NCBI GenBank assembly: GCA_964566225.1
Contig: CAZMHV010000004.1
Span: 248 to 64,247 of the forward strand
Origin: an uncultured Gammaproteobacteria bacterium
GTDB taxonomy: Bacteria; Patescibacteriota; Patescibacteriia; Magasanikbacterales; UBA922
Length of the DNA: 64,000 nt
Direction: 5' to 3'
The notes below the pieces were generated by a model. That model did no database searches, had not been told where the DNA came from, and saw only the letters and a program-made list of their open reading frames with translations. Positions 29,188-41,486 of this stretch are shown here, piece after piece. A program made the translations under genes and the position numbers. The stretch's first letter is position 1. Each line of letters starts with the position of its first letter.

Positions 29188-29934
29188 TTAGAGATTTTTT
29201 AATTTTTTCAGTTCATTGTACAGCAGTGTTGTGGTACCTGCTGAAACAGGTACGGTAATCATTTCAATGACAATGGAAAGAATAGAACCAATAAGTTTAA
29301 CTGCAGATACTAGAAAAGTCCAAGAAGCGACTGCATGTAAGAGAAGTTGTAAAATAAATGAGAGTATAAATTGAGCAAAAATTGTTACGATTACCACTAA
29401 GAACGTTGTGCACAGTAAAATCCATAAAACATCCCACCATTGTCCTTTGATAAGTCTTTTACTGAAGTGAAGTGCCTCTGTACCCCGTTTGTTATCAAGA
29501 ATAAGTGCATACACTGAGTAAAAATACCAAATAGAAAAAATAATTCCTGGGATGATAAAGAGAATAATCCCTCCAAATACGCAAAGTGCCGTGAGGGCGA
29601 CCACTATGAGTGCTGGGAAAACAAGGCGTATTGAACTGATAAGTTCTGTTTTGAGTGAAGGTGTTGGGGTATTTTGAATTTTACTTTGAATAATACGGAT
29701 AAAAGAGATACTTGCATAGAGGGTCAGTATATACAAAATAAAGAGTACCGTAGCCGCTCCTGCCATGGAAGAAAGTGGAGAATCTGGACTAAAACGAGGA
29801 GCAAAATAAATACGAAAGAGTCCTGAAAGAACAATAGGTATGGTCAAAATAAAAGTAGCAGAGAGAAAAAGATTTTTATTTTTTTTATATAAATCAAGAC
29901 TTCGTTTGATGAGTTCAAGAGGAGATGGAAGCAT
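29188..29934 (-). CDS. Multi-pass membrane protein of unknown function
   Basis: LFIIPGIIF.IW, AL..SK.L.KG.WW motifs. Confidence 0.75.
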   Translation of the reverse strand: MLPSPLELIKRSLDLYKKNKNLFLSATFILTIPIVLSGLFRIYFAPRFSPDSPLSSMAGAATVLFILYILTLYASISFIRIIQSKIQNTPTPSLKTELISSIRLVFPALIVVALTALCVFGGIILFIIPGIIFSIWYFYSVYALILDNKRGTEALHFSKRLIKGQWWDVLWILLCTTFLVVIVTIFAQFILSFILQLLLHAVASWTFLVSAVKLIGSILSIVIEMITVPVSAGTTTLLYNELKKLKNL

Positions 29935-30021
29935 AGAAACAAATTAAAAATCCAAGACTCCAAAGAGTCTGGCTGTAGTATATCAAATTTTTGGTCAAGA
30001 AAAAAGAGCTTTGACTTCGGT

Positions 30022-30708
30022 TCAAGAAGTTCTGTCTAAGTAAGGAGTGATGGTTGACCAAATTTTTTCGTGGATAATTTCTTTGTCCAAGATGGAATCT
30101 TGTTCTACACATTCTATAAGTTCAAACTCGCTATACATGGAGGCCATTTGAAGGTATGCAGATTCGGCATTTTTGAGGTGATCCAAATCGTCTTCGTGGA
30201 TATCTCTTTTTTTGCCATGCAAGTATTGACGGGCTTCTTTTTGATCTACTAATTTTTGTGAAATTTCAGGTCTAACGTGTAAGATAATATTGACATCAGG
30301 TTTGGGGATCTGAAAAATAGTGTATTCCAAGTTGTAGTTCCAGTCAAAATATTTTTTGCGTTCTTCAACATCGGCGATTTTTCCACCCTGGTGTCCCATA
30401 TTTGATCCTACATACCTATTGGCAATAACAATTTTTCCTGCGTCGAGCCACGTTTGAATTTGAGTTTTTGCCGAATATCGGTCAACCGCATACAAAATCG
30501 AAGCTCGATAGGGTCCAACTTCATTGGCTGTACCAAATTTTCCATTCAGATAGTCTTCTACCATGGCAGCACTTGGATTTCCGTATTGTGGAAAATGAAT
30601 TTGTTCTACATCAAAATTTTCTTTTTGAAATCGTTTGACCAAAAGTTCTGTCTGTGTTCCTTTGCCAGAACCATCAGTGCCTTCTATCATGATAAAGAGT
30701 CCTTTCAT
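30022..30708 (-). CDS. tmk: Thymidylate kinase
   Basis: IEG.DGSGK.TQ P-loop, FPQY, LYA.DR, NRYV.SN..HQG, PD. Confidence 0.93.
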   Translation of the reverse strand: MKGLFIMIEGTDGSGKGTQTELLVKRFQKENFDVEQIHFPQYGNPSAAMVEDYLNGKFGTANEVGPYRASILYAVDRYSAKTQIQTWLDAGKIVIANRYVGSNMGHQGGKIADVEERKKYFDWNYNLEYTIFQIPKPDVNIILHVRPEISQKLVDQKEARQYLHGKKRDIHEDDLDHLKNAESAYLQMASMYSEFELIECVEQDSILDKEIIHEKIWSTITPYLDRTS

Positions 30709-30711
30709 ATT

Positions 30712-31188
30712 TTACTTTCGTTTATATGTGACAAAGTCAAATCCTTCGTGTGTTTCTCGTTTGACTTCTTGCCATTGGTCTAAGTTAATTTCTGGAAAAA
30801 AGGTATCTCCGTCAACCACTTGTTTTACCTCTGTAATATACAGTGTATCTGCGAGGTCAATGGTTTGTTTGTAAATACTCGCACCACCTCCAAAAAAAAT
30901 TTCTTGTCCTTCAAATGCTGCGACTGCTTCGGGAATACTACGAAACACAAACACACCTTCGGGTGGCATCCAACTCTCGTCCAACGTCAATACAACATTC
31001 GTTCTGCCTGGAAGTGGTTTTTTAATATAACTTAAGATTGATTCAAATGTTCGTTGACCCATGATGACCACTTTTCCTTTTGTCATCTCTTTGAAGTGTG
31101 CGAGGTCTTCTGGAATATTCCAAGGAAGTTTATTGTCTTTGCCAATGCATAGGTTTTGAGCAACCGCGGCTATAATGGAGAGGGACAT
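30712..31188 (-). CDS. folA: Dihydrofolate reductase
   Basis: IG..NKLPW.IPEDL.HFK, IMG.RTFESI, PLPGR.NVV, GG..IY, GDTFFP. Confidence 0.96.
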   Translation of the reverse strand: MSLSIIAAVAQNLCIGKDNKLPWNIPEDLAHFKEMTKGKVVIMGQRTFESILSYIKKPLPGRTNVVLTLDESWMPPEGVFVFRSIPEAVAAFEGQEIFFGGGASIYKQTIDLADTLYITEVKQVVDGDTFFPEINLDQWQEVKRETHEGFDFVTYKRK

Positions 31189-31263
31189 GGAATGAAAGTT
31201 AAAAATCTAATCCTAAAAGTTGTGTTGGAATTTTTTTTGTTAATTGTGATAACAGTGCTTATT

Positions 31264-32136
31264 TTAAACGGCAATGTCAAATTTAATGCCTGGATGACTT
31301 TGATACCCCACTACTTTGGTATCTTCATACTTCCATTCAAAAAGAGATGTAAAATTTTGTGTTTCAATCTGGCAGAGGGGATAGAGGTTTGGGTCACGAG
31401 TGATTTGTTCTTTGGCGCCTTCGATGTGATTGGAGTAAATATGTACATCTGCCAAAAAGCCCACCAACTTTCCTTCTTTGTATCCTGTTTCCTTGGCAAG
31501 CAAGTGCAAAAGAAGTGCATAGCTGGCAATGTTGAAGGGGAGTCCAAGCATGGTATCGACAGAACGTTGATTCCACAGCAAGTTCAGTCGTCCATTGATT
31601 ACCGTCACTTGATAGGAATAGTGGCATGGGGGCAGTGCCATTTCACTGAGCTTGGCTGCATTCCAAGCATTTACAATCATGCGTCGGTCAGAGGGATTTT
31701 TTTTCAGTGTGTCTACTAATTTTTGGAGTTGGTCAACACCTTGCCCCGAGTAATCACTGTCAAAATTTTGGTAGTCAGCACCAAAGTGTCTCCACTGAAA
31801 ACCATACACGGGACCGAGGTCACGCTCTTCCATCATTTTGCGTTTGGTTTCTTCGTCGTGTGCATAGGGAACCTTGCGTGGACTGCACCATTCGTCCCAA
31901 ATATGATTGTTGCGTTCTTGGAGCCAGTGTTTATCTGTGATGCCTTTGATAAAAAATTCGAGTTCACTCGCAATGACTTTGAATGGCATTTTTTTGGTGG
32001 TGAGCAAAGGAAATCCTGTGCTCATGTCGTGCTCAAATATAGCTCCAGCAATCGCAATGGTACCAGTGCCAGTGCGGTCGTCTTTTTGTTCTCCTGTTTC
32101 CAAAATTTTGCGAACAATATCAAGGTAGGCTTTCAT
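31264..32136 (-). CDS. thyA: Thymidylate synthase
   Basis: DRTGTGT, FPLLTTKK, LGPVYGFQWRH, MALPPCH, QRS.D..LGLPFNIASY, HIY.NH. Confidence 0.98.
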   Translation of the reverse strand: MKAYLDIVRKILETGEQKDDRTGTGTIAIAGAIFEHDMSTGFPLLTTKKMPFKVIASELEFFIKGITDKHWLQERNNHIWDEWCSPRKVPYAHDEETKRKMMEERDLGPVYGFQWRHFGADYQNFDSDYSGQGVDQLQKLVDTLKKNPSDRRMIVNAWNAAKLSEMALPPCHYSYQVTVINGRLNLLWNQRSVDTMLGLPFNIASYALLLHLLAKETGYKEGKLVGFLADVHIYSNHIEGAKEQITRDPNLYPLCQIETQNFTSLFEWKYEDTKVVGYQSHPGIKFDIAV

Positions 32137-33416
32137 AGGTGTAAATCACGTAATGTATAAGAATTGGTACGGTGATAAAATTCAATCGATGCATCGGTTT
32201 TAATCTTTCCTGATCCATAGTTATCATTGGGACCATTTTTATCTGACATTCCGTCGGCTGGAACAATGGTTATTTCCATTCCATGAGAATCTGGCTTTGG
32301 GGTATAACTATGTCCTATTACCAAAGCATTTATTCCTCGGGTTTTCAGAAAATGTTCGAATTTTTTTGAGTACTTGCCGGTCGGAGAAGAAAGTTGTCTT
32401 GGTGTGTATGTACCTGTGAGTACTTTCCCTGGTTGATTTTTGTCGCCAAAGAATGTTTTAAAAAGGGTAGGGTCCATGGCATCCACATCGAGTTTTCCTT
32501 CTTTCATTGGGAAACTTTTTTCCAGCGTTGTCTTGTAGCTATTATTCCAAATTTCTACCAATTTTACAAAGGTCGGATATTCTCCGGTTTTATGAGAGTG
32601 AACTCTTTCATTTGTCAGAACCATAACCATGAATTCGTGTTCGTCTACGTCAGCATGAATAAAGAGAGTGTCATCTTCAATGTGGGCGATGCGTGACATT
32701 TTTTTTAAAAATTCAATGTGTTTGAGGACTGCTTGCGAATTGAAAATTTTTTCACGGTCAAAGTTTTTGAATTCAAATTCTTTTACTTCCACGACTCCTT
32801 GTGCATTATATTGTGGGATACGTTTTTTAAAACGTTCGGTGACAAACGGTTCAAGTTCTTGAAAGGTAGCATGAGCCGGATCAATTCGAAAACCATTATC
32901 ATTGGTGAGTTCTTGCAAAGTCGCAAGCCAGTATACATCATGATTCCCAATGTCCATGATAATGTCTCCTCCAGATTCCAGGGCTTGTCCCTTGAGTAAG
33001 GCCAAAGCTTCTATCACCAGGTCTCCCTGACCACTTCTATCTGCAAGAATATCTCCAAGACAAACCAACTTTTTATTTTCACCAGTCCAAGAAATTCGAA
33101 TCGATCGAAAAAATCGGAGCGCTTCTTCTCTGGAGTCGAGGTCATATTCTTCTATATTTTCAATCACTCGTTCAAATTTGTGGGGAGGTACACTTGGGTC
33201 TAATGTTTCTGTACTGTTTCCCACAAAAGTAATTTCAATACATTCAAGGCGGCTCAAATTTTTCAACAACCCTCGAAAGCTTCCATGATTATCACCCACA
33301 AACAAAATCTCATGTTTTCTTTCAACACGTTCAAAATCGATTGATTGGTCTGGTACTCTCAGAATTTCTTTTGGTTTTTCAAACCACGAAATTTCTCTCT
33401 CCGAAAAATCACTCAT
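32133..33416 (-). CDS. Calcineurin-like metallophosphoesterase
   Basis: GDNHG, LGDILADR, GNHD, FIHA, VIGH motifs; ATGA overlap with thyA. Confidence 0.8.
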   Translation of the reverse strand: MSDFSEREISWFEKPKEILRVPDQSIDFERVERKHEILFVGDNHGSFRGLLKNLSRLECIEITFVGNSTETLDPSVPPHKFERVIENIEEYDLDSREEALRFFRSIRISWTGENKKLVCLGDILADRSGQGDLVIEALALLKGQALESGGDIIMDIGNHDVYWLATLQELTNDNGFRIDPAHATFQELEPFVTERFKKRIPQYNAQGVVEVKEFEFKNFDREKIFNSQAVLKHIEFLKKMSRIAHIEDDTLFIHADVDEHEFMVMVLTNERVHSHKTGEYPTFVKLVEIWNNSYKTTLEKSFPMKEGKLDVDAMDPTLFKTFFGDKNQPGKVLTGTYTPRQLSSPTGKYSKKFEHFLKTRGINALVIGHSYTPKPDSHGMEITIVPADGMSDKNGPNDNYGSGKIKTDASIEFYHRTNSYTLRDLHL

Positions 33417-33440
33417 AACCGTAAGGCTTACTCTGGTGTA

Positions 33441-33863
33441 TTAAAATTTTCCAGTACTCCCCATCTTCCCTTGACCACGGGAGGTATCGGATAAAGTGTC
33501 TGTTTCTGTAAGTTCTGCAATCACCACAGGAATAATGAGCAATTGTGCCACCTTTTGGCCTTTTTCAATGGTATAGGGTTCATTTCCAAGATGTACGAGT
33601 GCTATACTGTATTCACCACGATATCCGGCATCGTAGACTCCTCCAAGGACGTGTAATCCTGCCATAGCAAGGCTACTTTTATCTTTTACAATAGCACCAT
33701 ACCCTTCGGCAAATTCAAGTGCAAACCCAAAGTGAAAGAGGTGTCGTTCTCCAGGTTGAAGTGTATGCCCTTCAAGAGCATAGAGATCAAGTCCAATGTC
33801 ACCTGGGTGGGCATAACTTGGGAGTTTGGCATCGGGGTGAAGTCGTTTTACTTTGATTTGCAT
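33441..33863 (-). CDS. dut: dUTP diphosphatase
   Basis: G.DLY, KSSLA, GV.DAGYRGE, G.KVAQL, RG.G..GSTG. Confidence 0.95.
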   Translation of the reverse strand: MQIKVKRLHPDAKLPSYAHPGDIGLDLYALEGHTLQPGERHLFHFGFALEFAEGYGAIVKDKSSLAMAGLHVLGGVYDAGYRGEYSIALVHLGNEPYTIEKGQKVAQLLIIPVVIAELTETDTLSDTSRGQGKMGSTGKF

Positions 33864-33866
33864 AGT

Positions 33867-34418
33867 TTAATTCTTTACTTGGTCAATTATTTTTTCAATT
33901 TGGGTAAACAGTTCCTCACGTGTTCCATTGTTTACAATGGTAAATTCAGCTTCTTTGCCAAGACTCACAATCAGCTGATCAGCTTCAGACTGTTCGTCTT
34001 TGCAAAATTCTTCGTAACTTTTATTTTCATCACCTGGATTTTCTTTGCGTGCTACCAAACGTTCGTATCTGAGTTTTGACTCAGCGGTAATGTAGACCAA
34101 ATGAAATTCTGGAAGTTGCTGCAAATAGGTGATATCAGTAGGTCTGCGAATGCCATCGACAATTACAATAGAGTGTTCATCACGTTCTACGTCTTTGGCA
34201 ATTACTTTACTCATCACGTCTTGTCCATACTGTGCACGTACAAAGGTAGAAATGTTTTGTAAATTTTCACGAGTTTTTTCTACATATATTCGGTCAAGCA
34301 TGTCACGGAGCATGGTAGAAAATTTATATGATGGAGCATTATATTTTTCGAGTAAGTAGTGTGCGAGTGTACCTTTGCCTGCTGCGAGGTCACCGACAAA
34401 TCCAAGGATAATTTTCAT
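33867..34418 (-). CDS. P-loop nucleotide kinase (dNMP/dephospho-CoA kinase-like)
   Basis: G...AGKGT, VDGIR, R..R...R, I.NNGT.EEL; adjacent to dCMP deaminase. Confidence 0.8.
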   Translation of the reverse strand: MKIILGFVGDLAAGKGTLAHYLLEKYNAPSYKFSTMLRDMLDRIYVEKTRENLQNISTFVRAQYGQDVMSKVIAKDVERDEHSIVIVDGIRRPTDITYLQQLPEFHLVYITAESKLRYERLVARKENPGDENKSYEEFCKDEQSEADQLIVSLGKEAEFTIVNNGTREELFTQIEKIIDQVKN

Positions 34419-34497
34419 AACCGAGTGAGTGAAAAAAAATTGAGCTTGATCAAGTTTTTTTGAGCGAATGAAGGTTCTATTGACTACGAAGTAATCA

Positions 34498-34971
34498 CTA
34501 TAATGTGGAATTTTCAGGGAGTGTGTATTTGCGATAGGTTATTTTCGCCGCGTCGAGCATTCGGCGTGAAGCAATGTATTCAGGCAAGTCATGGTATTTG
34601 TCACTTTCGTAAATCACTTCTGCGATGCCGTTTTGAATCAACATTTTGGCACATTCATTGCAGGGGAAGAGTGTTCCATAAATTTTGCATCCTTTTGTTG
34701 AGGTGTTTGCATTGTACACAGCATTTTCTTCTGCATGGCAAATATAAGCATACTTGGTATTTTCGTAACTTCCTTCGCGGTCCCAAGGAAAAGCATCGCT
34801 CTCAATACCTCGTGGAAATCCATTGTATCCAAGGCCAACCACTACATGATGTGTATCAACAATAACTGCTCCCACCTGAGTAGATGGGTCTTTTGACCTT
34901 TGTGCAATAAGGTGGGCCATGCGCAAAAAACATTCGTCCCAAGATATTGCTTCACGTGGTTGGGTGAGCAT
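34498..34971 (-). CDS. dCMP deaminase
   Basis: WDE.F...A...A.RSKDP.TQVGA, GYNG.P, HAE.NA, PC..C. Confidence 0.93.
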   Translation of the reverse strand: MLTQPREAISWDECFLRMAHLIAQRSKDPSTQVGAVIVDTHHVVVGLGYNGFPRGIESDAFPWDREGSYENTKYAYICHAEENAVYNANTSTKGCKIYGTLFPCNECAKMLIQNGIAEVIYESDKYHDLPEYIASRRMLDAAKITYRKYTLPENSTL

Positions 34972-35060
34972 AAAAAGTAAAATTATATCTCTCAAAGTGT
35001 ATCAAAATCATATTGTATGGTCAATGTATTCACACTATTTCTCTCTGTTTTGCAAAAAAT

Positions 35061-35085
35061 AAAACCCGGTAGAGTTACCGGGTTT
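35061..35085. terminator. Intrinsic terminator after rplA
   Basis: AAAACCCGGTA-GAGT-TACCGGGTTT. Confidence 0.8.
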
Positions 35086-35107
35086 ATGTTTCGTAGGTGT
35101 ATTTATT

Positions 35108-35785
35108 TTATTCAACACTAATTTTCACACTTGGTCCCATAGAACTGGTGAGGTATATTGCTTTCATGTAAGTACCTTTGGCAGAACTTGGTTTCATTTT
35201 TTTGAGTACATCGATGAAGGCAACGATGTTTTCTTTAATTTGATCAGCAGTAAACGATATTTTTCCAACGCCAAGGTGGATGTTGGCGCCGTCATCGTTT
35301 TTGAAAGCAGCCTTTCCTTTTTTGAGATCATTGATCATTTTTTTCACATCAGTTCCAACCGTATCTGTCTTTGGGTTCGGCATGAGACCTTTTGGACCAA
35401 GAACTTTGGCAACAGCTGCCATTTTAGGCATCATTTCAGGGGTGGCAATAGCAATTTCAAAATCGATTTTACCTGTATCTTTCAGACGTTTAATTTCTTC
35501 TTCAGTGTAGATCACATCAGCTCCAGCTTCTTTGGCAGCTTTTTCATCATTTGGTCCTACAAACGCAGCAACTTTTTTGGTTTTTCCCGTTCCATGAGGA
35601 AGAGAAACGGTTGAGCGGATTTGTTGGTCACTCTTTTTTGGATCAATTCCAAGGCGTACATGCACTTCTACGGTAGCGTCAAACTTGGTGTTGGCTGTTT
35701 CTTTGACCAGGTTTACACCTTCAGTCAAGGAATATGTTTTTGTTTTGTCGATCTTTTTCAAAAGATCTGTCATTCTTTTTCCCAT
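35108..35785 (-). CDS. rplA: 50S ribosomal protein L1
   Basis: KFD.TVE..VRLG.DP, LPHGTGK, LGPKGLMPNPK..TV, SSMGP; start revised to MGKRM. Confidence 0.97.
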   Translation of the reverse strand: MGKRMTDLLKKIDKTKTYSLTEGVNLVKETANTKFDATVEVHVRLGIDPKKSDQQIRSTVSLPHGTGKTKKVAAFVGPNDEKAAKEAGADVIYTEEEIKRLKDTGKIDFEIAIATPEMMPKMAAVAKVLGPKGLMPNPKTDTVGTDVKKMINDLKKGKAAFKNDDGANIHLGVGKISFTADQIKENIVAFIDVLKKMKPSSAKGTYMKAIYLTSSMGPSVKISVE

Positions 35786-35799
35786 ATAGGTAATGGTTA

Positions 35800-35880
35800 G
35801 TGGTGATAGCCCAAAGGATTGCTTTGGTCCCACGGTTAATAAAGTAAGATGAGTATAATGGAAAACAGTGGTTTTGTCAA
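35800..35880 (-). promoter_or_regulatory. rplA promoter and L1-binding leader
   Basis: TTGACA-17-TATACT (35880-35852); GUGGGA-CCAAAG-caauc-CUUUGG-GCUAUCA-CCAC (35833-35800) resembles the L1 autoregulatory site. Confidence 0.7.
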
Positions 35881-35896
35881 GAGGGGATTAAGTACC

Positions 35897-35923
35897 AAAA
35901 AACCGCTTGTTTAGCGGTTTTTT
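35897..35923. terminator. Terminator after lipoprotein gene
   Basis: AAAAAACCGCT-TGTTT-AGCGGTTTTTT. Confidence 0.8.
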
Positions 35924-35937
35924 GAATTTTTTGAAGA

Positions 35938-36828
35938 TTATTTGGTCCAAATCACCTTGCAGTTTGATTCTTTCCAGTTTGGACAGGCACTGTCGTTCAT
36001 GCCTGGGTAGCAAGCCACTTCACCATTTGAGGTATACAGCACTTTGAAACAGTTAGAACAGTCTTCTTTTTGGTAGTAGTAGGTATCTGCTCCGAGAGGA
36101 CACTCAGCAACGGTAATAGGGGATTCCGAGGAGCTATTTTCTAACAGAGCGGTGAGATTTTGAATCCATTCGTCTGAGCTGGCGTTTTTGGATGTTTTGG
36201 TATGTTCAGGTTCAGATTTTGCGGCTGTATTGCCAGTATTTACACTGGTTCCTCTCCCTCCACCAATATAGTCGTGTGAAGCCGGCCAAGAAGCATCTCG
36301 TACTTCATAGGTTCCACTCTCAGCGGTATCACTCGGGAGTTTTTTTATGGGATTTTGTTTTGATGGAGCTTGTAAGTCAAAAGGTTCTTCATTTTCACTA
36401 CAGACCCCTTCATGTTTTACTTTTTTACCTTGAGTTTCGGCAATACAGCGGTTGGTATAGGTTTTGTTTTCTGTGGTACACACTGGATTTGCTACGGGTG
36501 CACAGTTAAATCGGTCTCCTGGTGGCGTGAGACTCGCATTGATATCACTTTGTCCTTCGGCTGTTTTGTGACTACACTTTCCGTCCATGAAGTTCAGGGC
36601 ATCGCATTCTTTGCCTGTGTCAAATGTACAGTAGAGGCGATTTCGGTTTACTTCACTGTCGAAACGGATTTGTGCTTTGTATCCTTTGTTGGTACAAAAA
36701 ACATAGGCTTGTTGTTCACGAGTCGCTGCGCTTGTGGCGGCTATTTTGGGGTCAACAGTATTTTTTTGACATCCTGCGCCGATAAGCACAAGAAGAGCGG
36801 CTCCAAACATTGGAAGAAATTTTTTCAT
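35938..36828 (-). CDS. Cys-rich lipoprotein with DUF333-like and Kazal-like domains
   Basis: Lipobox LIGAGC; A..FC..KG...C.F..G.EC....F..G.C; C.....PVC....TY.N.C.A........G.C Kazal pattern. Confidence 0.8.
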   Translation of the reverse strand: MKKFLPMFGAALLVLIGAGCQKNTVDPKIAATSAATREQQAYVFCTNKGYKAQIRFDSEVNRNRLYCTFDTGKECDALNFMDGKCSHKTAEGQSDINASLTPPGDRFNCAPVANPVCTTENKTYTNRCIAETQGKKVKHEGVCSENEEPFDLQAPSKQNPIKKLPSDTAESGTYEVRDASWPASHDYIGGGRGTSVNTGNTAAKSEPEHTKTSKNASSDEWIQNLTALLENSSSESPITVAECPLGADTYYYQKEDCSNCFKVLYTSNGEVACYPGMNDSACPNWKESNCKVIWTK

Positions 36829-36912
36829 ACAAAGTGATATAGAGAATATCTATAGTATAACAAAACTCGCCTAAAAAAGCGAGTTCTGTAATATTTATAT
36901 TTTGTATGACTC

Positions 36913-37338
36913 TTAGTCAACAATGGTAACACCCATTTGACGAGCCGTTCCTGCCATAGTGCGCATTGCTGCTTCTACATCAGTAGTGTTGAGGTCTGGC
37001 ATTTTGGCAATAGCTACTTCACGAAGTTGTGCTTTGGTAATTTTGCCAACTTTGTCTTTGAGTGGGTTGCCTGCGCCTTTTTTGGCTCCAGCTGCTTTGG
37101 CAATGAGAGCACTTGCAGGAGCTACTTTGAGGATGAAGTCAAATGAACGATCTTCATACACATTGATGATCACCGGAACGGTTTCACCTTTGCGATCTTG
37201 TGTTTTGTCATTGAATTCTTTACAGAATCCTTGAATGTTCACACCGTGCTGACCAAGCGCCGGTCCGACTGGTGGCGCTGGATTAGCAGCTCCGCCAGTA
37301 ATTTGTAATTTGATTTGGGTCATGAGTTTTTTTGCCAT
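36913..37338 (-). CDS. rplK: 50S ribosomal protein L11
   Basis: [35 protein letters not shown]. Confidence 0.98.
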   Translation of the reverse strand: MAKKLMTQIKLQITGGAANPAPPVGPALGQHGVNIQGFCKEFNDKTQDRKGETVPVIINVYEDRSFDFILKVAPASALIAKAAGAKKGAGNPLKDKVGKITKAQLREVAIAKMPDLNTTDVEAAMRTMAGTARQMGVTIVD

Positions 37339-37460
37339 AGTTCAATCAGTTTAGTTGAAATTTTTGATCTCCCGGTAAGAAGCTTGGGGAGTTCTCAGAT
37401 TTCATGAATTTTGCTCTATACTAGCCTAAATTTGTTTTTTTGTCAATGGGTTTGTGGTCT

Positions 37461-38006
37461 TTACATCTTTTTTACTTGGAGAGCATCGAGTTCAACCGGA
37501 GTTTCACGTCCAAACATATTTACGAGTACTTTCACTTTTCCACGAGTTTCATCAACACTTGCTACTTTTCCTTCAAAGGCTTTAAATGGTCCGTCCACAA
37601 TTTGTACCGCATCATCAGTATGCAAATCAATTTTGTGTGAAGGTTCATTGACTCCCATTCTCTTTTGGAGTGAGTCCATTTCTTTGGCATCAATTGGGGT
37701 TGGAGTGGTTCCTGAACCCACAAAACCAGTGACATTTGGAGTATTGCGTACCACGTACCAAGAGTCATCGGTTACAAACATTTCAACGAGAACATATCCT
37801 GGAAAAATTTTTTCTTCTACCGTAGTACGTTTTCCATTTTTGATTTTAATTTTCTTTTCTTTGGGAACCAAAACCTGGAAGATTTTGTCACCCATATCAA
37901 AAGATTCGATACGTTGTTCAAGGTTGCGTTTTACATTGTCTTCGTACCCACTATACGTGTGAAGTACATACCAGCGGCGTCCTACGTTGACGTTTTGTTT
38001 TGACAT
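37461..38006 (-). CDS. nusG: Transcription factor NusG
   Basis: WYVLHTYSGYE..VK, FPGYVLVEM, VRNTP.VTGFVG, KOW GPF..FEG, FGRETPVEL. Confidence 0.98.
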   Translation of the reverse strand: MSKQNVNVGRRWYVLHTYSGYEDNVKRNLEQRIESFDMGDKIFQVLVPKEKKIKIKNGKRTTVEEKIFPGYVLVEMFVTDDSWYVVRNTPNVTGFVGSGTTPTPIDAKEMDSLQKRMGVNEPSHKIDLHTDDAVQIVDGPFKAFEGKVASVDETRGKVKVLVNMFGRETPVELDALQVKKM

Positions 38007-38039
38007 AAACTTTGGTGTAAAAAACGAAAAAGATCAAAA

Positions 38040-38234
38040 TTATTTTAAAAGTTGTGACAGTCCAAGGTTCAAAACACGGTCAACTACTGCAAAAAAGATG
38101 GCCAGTCCAAAGGTAAGTACGACTACGACAATACTATAGTTGATGGTTTGTTTTCGTGTTGGCCAGGTCACCTTGCGAGCTTCATGGTATGCGCCGTAGA
38201 AGTAATCTTTCATTTTCGTGAGGAGGTTCGTCAT
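38040..38234 (-). CDS. secE: Preprotein translocase SecE
   Basis: E.RKVTWPTR motif plus one TM; upstream of nusG. Confidence 0.93.
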   Translation of the reverse strand: MTNLLTKMKDYFYGAYHEARKVTWPTRKQTINYSIVVVVLTFGLAIFFAVVDRVLNLGLSQLLK

Positions 38235-38383
38235 ATATTTTTTAAGTATTTAAAAAAGGCCTTTGGCCTGTTTCTAAGATGTAGTATAGGACAAAAGGGG
38301 GGATTTGTCAAGGTGAGTGGTATTGGTTATCCACACAAAAATAAAAAAAATGCTCATTTTCAGAGCATTTTTTGATGATTTTT

Positions 38384-41468
<3,085 letters not shown>

Positions 41469-41486
41469 GAGGGGGCTGTATTGCTT

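Noticed and set aside
38235-38383. tRNA-Trp or rpmG expected upstream of secE
   Set aside because: Gap contains only a promoter-like sequence and the gyrB terminator; no cloverleaf
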